This document shows, piece after piece, positions 55,907 to 64,000 of a stretch of DNA of 64,000 nt (the stretch's first letter is position 1; every line of letters starts with the position of its first letter). The notes under the pieces were generated by a model, which was not told the DNA's origin, did no database searches, and saw nothing but the letters and a program-made list of their open reading frames with translations. Position numbers and translations under genes: made by a program. The DNA lies in NCBI GenBank assembly GCA_964016885.1, contig OZ024743.1, forward strand, positions 263,996,001 through 264,060,000. Reading direction: 5' to 3'. Source of the stretch: Eledone cirrhosa. Taxonomy: Eukaryota.

Positions 55907-57041
55907 ATATGTATATGTATATATGGGAGTATAGATGTGTATGTGTGGATATAGATATGTATGGATATATATATATGATTATATGCATGCGTGTGAATGT
56001 GTATTTAGGTTTGCATCTATTTGCACGTATGTATATTTTGGTTACATATCAATATAACTGTACCGCTCTCTATATGTAGTGTGAATATATGCACTTTGTA
56101 GACTATGACATTTATGTGTTTTAACTGTGCCAACATGTAGTCATCTAAGTTTGATTGTTTATGCATAAACATACTTAGTGATATTTTAGAGCGTATAATA
56201 TGTTATATTATACTGAGTGCAATTTACCATACCGTACTATATTCTGTTGGTTAAGTTGTATATTATCGCATTACTATATCACATTATCTTATTATAATTT
56301 TCATCTTTTAATATACTATCTTTCCTAGCCATAACATTAATTTATATTCACCTTAAAACTCAATACAACACTAATCACCATTCATTTTGACATTCCTTTT
56401 AAATTCACTATACAAGATACATTCAACTATCAGTTTGACAATCCCCATTCCTTCCTAATCAATTTTTATGCCATTTCTACTAACACCTTTCAACCATTCC
56501 TTTCAAAGGGTCATGACCTCAACTAAAGTGTATTACTTTCACCATATGAAAAAAACAATTTGATTCGTTAGTTCTTCAACTACCTCCAAATATGGACATG
56601 ATACTAATTCTGAGTAAAATTATTATTGAATAAAATTCTTATTGCTTTTGAAAACAGCTGGTGATATGCATGTAAGTAAATATTCTCTTTACTTGATATT
56701 TTGGAACTAACCTTACATTGATCAATAACTGAGTATAGATACAATGTATTATCGCCATCTAGAAACGATCGTAAAGCAGTGAAGTATATCTCTAATGACT
56801 TGATTTTTTATTTCATTGTTTTCACTTATATCATGATTCTGTTTTCCTTTTAATGTTTTATTGTTTTCTGAGATTTATCTTAAGCTACAACATTTTCAAC
56901 ATATGGATTACATTGAGTTCTTCATACATAATAGACCCCACATCTTACAGTGGATACTTCTGTGTGTGTGTGTATATATATAAATATATATATCGAGCTG
57001 TCTGCTCATACGTTCTTATACTTATATATTGTTCATATATA

Positions 57042-57091
57042 GGCAGAGGGTACTCGGGGTGAGCGTGGCAGAGGGTACTCGGGGTGAGCGT

Positions 57092-57098
<7 letters not shown>
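57042..57098. repeat. 25-bp tandem repeat (2.3 copies) running into (GA)n
   Basis: GGCAGAGGGTACTCGGGGTGAGCGT x2. Confidence 0.85.
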
Positions 57099-57152
<54 letters not shown>

Positions 57153-57675
57153 CCGAGAAAGATAGAGATGGTGAGAGAGAGAGAAAGAGAGAATGAGAGA
57201 GTGAGGGATAAGGTGAGTGAATGACAGACAGGTAAACAAAGAGGCAGTGGAACTGAATCATATTTATGGTTATATGATTATATAGACTATAATAGAATTT
57301 GTAAGATCACAGTAATAAGGATTTTGGATTTTGTACCTTTCCAAATGTGTTAAGCAATCTACAATGTGGAACAACGATTATTAGTATGAAATAATCGTGT
57401 TCCTCCTTCTCTGCAAAATTCAACATGCGTTCTATATGTGTTAGTACTAGTGGATATACAGAAACACACACTCACACACACACTCACATACAACCAAACA
57501 CACTCACATGCATAAACCTACATATACACGTGAATGGATGAGTGGTTAAGGATTTCAGTTGCAGTCTGGGTTATGACTGGCTTCGTGACATTATAGCTTC
57601 AGGCAGTTCAATGCAATGGTTAGTGTATTTTGTTTGACGTAAACAGTAGAATTCCAGCGTTTACATACATACATA

Positions 57676-58618
57676 ATGGCTGCCCCTCGTTATCAAGTAT
57701 GGTCATTGCACGAAATAACATTATTAATAATTATTAATTAATGCTATCGTGCAATGCTTGTGTGTGAATATTTTTTTAAAAGTGAAGAAAGACTGTGCAC
57801 TGAGCTAATCCCAATCTCTGAGCGACAGTAGCTATAACCCGAAAAGAAGAAAAGATCAACATCATCGGTAACTAATGAACCGCAGGTTTTACATACATAC
57901 ATTCATACATACATTGAAAACGTGTTCTGTTGTGGAGATCAGCTGCCCACTTGATGTAAATGTTGTCAAAAAAATACAGGAGAAGGAGGACATCTACGGA
58001 CCATTGATGAGGTGTTTACAATCCAGTATCCAAGATATACCTTTAGCTTCATACCCATCATTATTGGAGCTACGGGTTATATACCAACCCGCTTGGACCA
58101 ATGTATAACTGAACTTGGATTTGCGGACAAATGGCTGCTATAGCTGGCATCTTCAAAGTTTGCAAAACATTCTTGTGATTCAAGGGATGACAATTTCTTT
58201 TCTTTTACGACCTTGCCACCAGGAAGGTCGCCGGTCAAATAATATACTCGAAATTAAGAGAAAGAGATAACATACATACATGCATACATGCATGCGTACA
58301 TGCACACATACATGCATACATGCATACATACATACATACTCAATTGGACGAAATTTCTCATTGAGAAATATTCCCTGCATGATAATCAAACACTCACATC
58401 CAGGGAAATTGCTAGGCAATACCGCAAGGAACCAATGGATGAAATGCTGTATGCTTATGAGGAAAAAATTACTGGATGTGTGGCCAAGAGGCTCCAAAGT
58501 GATAGTAATATAGATAAGCAATATAGCCTTGGAGCAATAAACGCTATATTGGCTCTCACTTTGAAGGATATGCTTTTGCAATCCAGAAACAGGTAATCAA
58601 TAAAAATTACCTGAATCG

Positions 58619-58620
<2 letters not shown>
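57676..58620 (+). mobile_element. Three pieces of an RLE-type non-LTR family, each starting right after (CATA)n
   Basis: 57676-57890 hairpin leader; 57914-58270 RLE (VVEISCPLDVNV..EKEDIY) plus 3' UTR then (CATA)n; 58340-58620 (IDKQYS..SHFEGYAFAIQKQ, the motif preceding the zinc finger). Confidence 0.65.
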
Positions 58621-58672
<52 letters not shown>

Positions 58673-58723
58673 ACGTGGATGGTTATGTGTATGTATGTGT
58701 GTTTTTTTGTGCGTGTCTCTCTA

Positions 58724-58773
<50 letters not shown>

Positions 58774-58887
58774 CGTGTGCGTGTGTGTGTGTCAATCTCC
58801 TAAGATATATATTCGTTTGTCAATATATCACTTTCACATATCTACTCTTTCTCGTTTCACCTTTTCACTCATACTCTTGACCTCTCG

Positions 58888-58918
<31 letters not shown>

Positions 58919-58935
58919 CGCACACACACACTCAT

Positions 58936-59039
<104 letters not shown>

Positions 59040-59689
59040 TCAAATGATTCGAAGTCAGTGTTGCGGCATAAGTACAAGCTTTATTGGCATAATAGAATTG
59101 TTTCGATATTGATCAGCTCAGTGTAAAATCAATATTACGGTTCCTGATTCTTCTTCGACATCTCCTCAGTTATGCGAGTTTATATGTGCAAAGACGTCCG
59201 TACGCCCGCACGCACATACACACACGCACCCCCCCACACACACACATACACACACACACACACACACACATACACACATACACACATACACACATACACA
59301 CACACACATTAATTAATTGGAATGCGGTCAGTACAGGATCTCACTCTCAATTTTACCGCCGATTATGTCTTTGACATATACTCATTCTATTGACACAGCT
59401 TTGACTGAATTTGCGCTAAGAACATAAAGGAAGAAACACCGTATTTATCCCAACAGTCTCCTGATCCACTTTCTATGACTTCTAATTTCCGTGCAAAGTT
59501 AGAAAACCTTTCGCTCGACACAGATTACAACATGGTCATGTTTTCGGTTGCGCTCGATTTACGTCAGTTATAATGCCATAAACTTGTTACAAATATGAAT
59601 ATTCCATAACCTACACGATGAGCGTTTGAACAAAACATATTTCAAAATATACGGAAAGTGACAATATAAACCGAAATACAATATTGTGT

Positions 59690-59832
59690 AACAGTTAGTC
59701 CCAGTTGTAGTGAGTCGTCAAGTATGAGATTTGTAGAAAATTGTAGAAGAAAAAGCAAATTTCTACAAATTTCATATTTGATGACCCAATAAATGGGTTT
59801 CCACAAACTCTACTTACAATTGCCAGTTAAAC
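59690..59832. repeat. Imperfect fold-back
   Basis: GTCAAGTATGAGATTTGTAGAAA / TTTCTACAAATTTCATATTTGAT, with weaker outer arms. Confidence 0.65.
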
Positions 59833-60371
59833 AATTTACAATTTACCAACGTAATGAGTATAGCAATTTTCTGTTTGTTTCACGTCGAAATCTTTGCAGA
59901 GATGTGTATGAAATTCATATTCCCAGTCCCTTACATCAGGTACACGATCTGGTTTTCCTTTTGTCTCTTGGGAATCGTTTCTTCTTGTGCACCATAAACG
60001 TAAACCAATATTTAATCTCCATTAAAGTGATATTCACATAAGATAACTCTCTATTTCTACTTAATCGAAAACTGAAAATGCAATTAGTTATGTTGGCAAC
60101 AATAAATCTGCTTCATAAACATCGTATCTATATTGATTAACAGAGAAATCAATCAAATATCCTGGATTACCTGAAGGCTGATTAAGTAGTAGATGAGGTT
60201 TCGTTAAGTCAAAATTAAGAGATATGAATTTAGTATCAGTTTACATTTGTCGCACAATGAGTAACTGATTAATCATATCAAGCACCTTTATTTTCGTAGC
60301 TTATACAATAAACAATATAATCAGGTTAAAACAAACACACACACAAACACACACACACACACACACACATA

Positions 60372-60459
<88 letters not shown>

Positions 60460-60699
60460 TGCATCTACATATGTATAAACGAGACAAATATAAATATGAC
60501 TATGCATACCTGACATTTCACAAGTGTGATGGAACTGGTGGACCTCTGAAATGACTTCTTGCAGTCTCTTCAATAAAAATATATAATCTACTTATGTATT
60601 GAGATCTCTTTATCACAAAGGTAGCCATTACAAATAGTATTAATATATACATTTGTGTGTCTCTATGTAGGCATCTCTCTCTATCTCTCTCTCTCCCTC

Positions 60700-60802
<103 letters not shown>

Positions 60803-60825
60803 ATATATAAAGTGTAGCAAGACGA

Positions 60826-60935
60826 AGTTTCACATGACAATTTTTATTGATTATTGACGAATTGCGTATGGTTCACAGATGATTGCCTCAAGGTATATAA
60901 TCTGTGAAAATCAATAAAAAACATGTATGTGAAAC
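60826..60935. repeat. Imperfect fold-back next to (TA)n
   Basis: TTTCACATGACAATTTTTATTGATT / AATCAATAAAAACATGTATGTGAAA, with inner TTCACAGAT / ATCTGTGAA. Confidence 0.65.
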
Positions 60936-61049
60936 ACGGTTTTTTTAATACTTAACTTATACACACTGCCTCCGCATTTAGTGCTAGTGACCATGAAAGT
61001 TATATATATCAATATCATTACACATCTGTGCCTGGTGCGACGAGTCACT

Positions 61050-62640
61050 TGTGTGTATGCCACACTAGACGTTCTGATACTTATCAACTGCTTTTAATCT
61101 CTGTTCTCCTCCATACACGTTGTTAACACTTTTCTTGTTGCTGATGCTGTAGGAATAGGATTTTCTTTGTCCCTTCTCAACCATCTTTTACCTGTACTTT
61201 GGAGAGATGTTTGGGATATTTAGTTGTAGCGGTATACCTGTCCCTATCACTTGTTCTTTGGTGTTTCCTATGCTGCAAAGAATGCTCTCTACCAGATAGC
61301 ATATATTATGTGTTCTACTTGACAAAATTATTTGATCATTCTACGAGATGCGTAGCACCATTTTGATGCACTTATGCTCGATTGCCTAGATTGTTTCTTC
61401 GCCTCCATACAGAGGATTTGACATCAGCAGCTACTTGTTTAGAATCAGTTCAGATAGAAAACTGATGCATATGTATTTAGCTATGTCATGACTGTTGTAG
61501 CGTTATTCTTGCTTTTTTTTTTATTGAGCTTTTTGATCTTATTCAAAGTGAATCCTATGTATTTAAATATCCTTATTTTGAAGCATTTTTCCGTTCAAAA
61601 TGAGTTTAGCTGCTGCCTCATACTTGCGATTATTGGCCAGACTTTTACTCCTTTCTACTCTGGGCTCCGTTCCGTACACTTCTGACGTCTGCTGGTGAAT
61701 TTGCTGGACTTTCTTTTTCACTGTCTTCTCGTGTGTCAATACCGTTAGCAAAATGCAGGCTGTAAACATCTTTGGCGAACACGACTTGTTGTTCTGAAGA
61801 TGTCGTTTCCGGTGTCGCTATTCAATAGAAATGCACTGTTTGTTTTCGTACTGACACAACGCAATAATTTGTTGTAATTAATGAAGTCGTTATAGGTGTC
61901 ACGTTTGTATTGAAGTCAATTCTTGGTTTGCAGTCAAAAGTAATATATCTTCTCCGATGTATTCATTTTTGTTCTGTATAGTTCCGGCTTTCTACAGGTA
62001 TTGTTCGGTCTTCCACTTAAGTCTATCTTAGCAGGAACATGAGCAGTAATTTACTTGTCTGATTAATCGACCTTATGGTTTTGCAATTCTGGCAGAGTCT
62101 TAAGCTGCCCTTCTCAAGAATGGTTATTTCAACGATTAGATCCAATATTTTGGCAATAGTTTCATCTACCAAATTTTCAGACAAGCAACTTTCTCTCATA
62201 ATGTGCTTTGTTTCACCGTATTTATGAAATCTGTTTGGTTGTTGTTAAGTGCTCAGGATGTTACTTCATTCTGCGCATCTTCGATATTCTCCTCGTGTAT
62301 TGGAGCATCTGCAATCTCTCATTAACTGATGTTACGATTGCCTAAGGTGTTGTTTATATAAATGAATTGTTTATTCCTGAATAAGACGTCGCAGTACTCA
62401 AAATTATTCTGATAACAGCGGCCAATTTCTATTCCAAATTTTAAGTTATTAAACTGTATTCTTGTCAATTTCTTGGTTTCCTTAACTTTCCTTCCGATAT
62501 TGTTTGTTATTCACAGAACTGAATTGTTTCTAGGCTTAATGATCTAGGAATGCTGTCTTCGACATGTAGATCATGAGTTTTTTTATTCTTTTCCATAAGA
62601 CTTCTAGAGCTGACCTATGAAATGCTTCCTTGATGTTTTC
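61050..62640 (-). mobile_element. Highly degraded N-terminal part of an R4/Dong-like ORF
   Basis: A-rich, coding-like minus strand with remnants (RHRKRHLQNNK..FAK; KVWPII; SKW) in the order seen upstream of RT in families A and B. Confidence 0.3.
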
Positions 62641-62757
62641 ATCGACTGAACACTTTCAAGACGGTGCCCCAGCGTGACCGCAGTCACATGATAGAGATCA
62701 ATGAAATAATGATAATAATATGTGTCCACACACAAACCCTCATGTATATATATATAT

Positions 62758-62827
<70 letters not shown>

Positions 62828-64000
62828 GCGTGCGCGTGTGTGTGCGCGTGTGTGTGCGCGTGTGTGCGTGTGTGTGTATGCATAAGTCTGTGTGGAATGA
62901 AGTAACAACTATTGCAGAAATATTTCAGGCCAGTAAGCAAGTCAGAGACATTTGATACGAAAGAAAACCTACGAGTGCGCAAATTCTGCAGCTGACACAG
63001 AAAATAAATGGTACCACTGTTTTCTTTTCCTTTTTCTATGTGATTTTTTTCTTCTTCTTAACTTCGCTTAACTGTGGTTACCATTCTGTCTCTCCAACAG
63101 AGTTCAGGCAGTTTCTATTAGCTGTCATTTGATACGTCACTACAGCCTATTTAAAGCTAACATCCTTCTCTTCAAATATTCGGATTTCATACATTAGTAT
63201 AATATGGTTTATAGTGTTAGGAGTGTTAGAACGTTAATTTTTTTTTTTGTACATATAGTTTTATAAGGTTAGGAGTGTTAGTTAGAACATTCAGTTTTAT
63301 TTCAGTGCGTTATTTTACTAATGTGGACCACCTGACTCGAAATCAACTGGATTCCTTATTGGTAAACTTACAGCAATATCACCATACATCCCTATATATA
63401 GAAGATACAATAAGTACAACCAGTATGAGGGAGATATCTAAGATGACATTGCCTTTTGGAATTTTCGGAGTTGTACTCAATCTGAGATCATATATCGAAA
63501 ATCAAACATTTATGTCATTGAAAAATCATTATAGCCATTAATATGCAAACACACATAGAAACCCTCACCACACTCATAGCCAAGTTGTCATTTTCACTTT
63601 TCATATATTTTGTGGCATGTTAAATTTTTCTACGCATTACTGCAAACTGTTGCCTGACACAATTGCATCATATCTCCTTCCAAACTGTTATATAACGATA
63701 ATTAGTACGTTGACCATCTACTTGCTTAACTAATGCAGGAGTTATGTTTTATCTTTAATGGTGGCGTGGTCCTGGGGGAAAGAGAAAGCGGGAGGTAATC
63801 TTAGACAAAAATCCTACCTCAAATATTTGCAACAGTTTATGCTCTAATGAAAGAGATTCAAGGGCCATGTAGTAATAGTAGTGGTCACGTTAAACTAGGT
63901 GACGGATTAAGTCTACAAACTAAGTACAGTAACCATTCTTCTGACAACGTTCCACATCTTCTATACACAATCATACACACCCGTGTATATATATATAACG

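Noticed and set aside
59090-59600. Possible Tc1/mariner remnant (QSPD-like)
   Set aside because: The similarity is too weak to support by eye.
63275-63541. 88-aa ORF as a host exon
   Set aside because: No recognisable domain or convincing splice context; small host exons cannot be excluded without RNA-seq.

Overview
Eukaryotic, repeat-saturated intergenic or intronic DNA. The SINE types and the microsatellite load suggest a cephalopod (octopus-like) genome; this is inference. I found no host gene, rRNA or CRISPR. The window holds non-LTR retroelements, all with disabled ORFs: an RTE LINE, three near-full-length R4/Dong-type RT-RLE elements plus fragments, a Tx1/L1-clade LINE, and several Penelope-like elements (PLEs, RT plus GIY-YIG). 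It also holds many tRNA-derived SINEs, a non-autonomous Helitron and fold-back elements. Two layers are not explained by the ORF track. (1) About ten type I hammerhead-ribozyme (HHR) motifs sit in PLE 3' ends and in ORF-less, retrozyme-like 314-660 bp units with tandem plus inverted architecture, nearly all embedded in (TA)n. (2) Retroelement families appear to partition the microsatellites: Dong in (TAA)n, an RLE family in (CATA)n, Tx1 in (TTC)n and PLEs in (TA)n. One Dong element also has a compact, predicted double-pseudoknot 5' leader. All structures were read by eye and need computational and biochemical confirmation.
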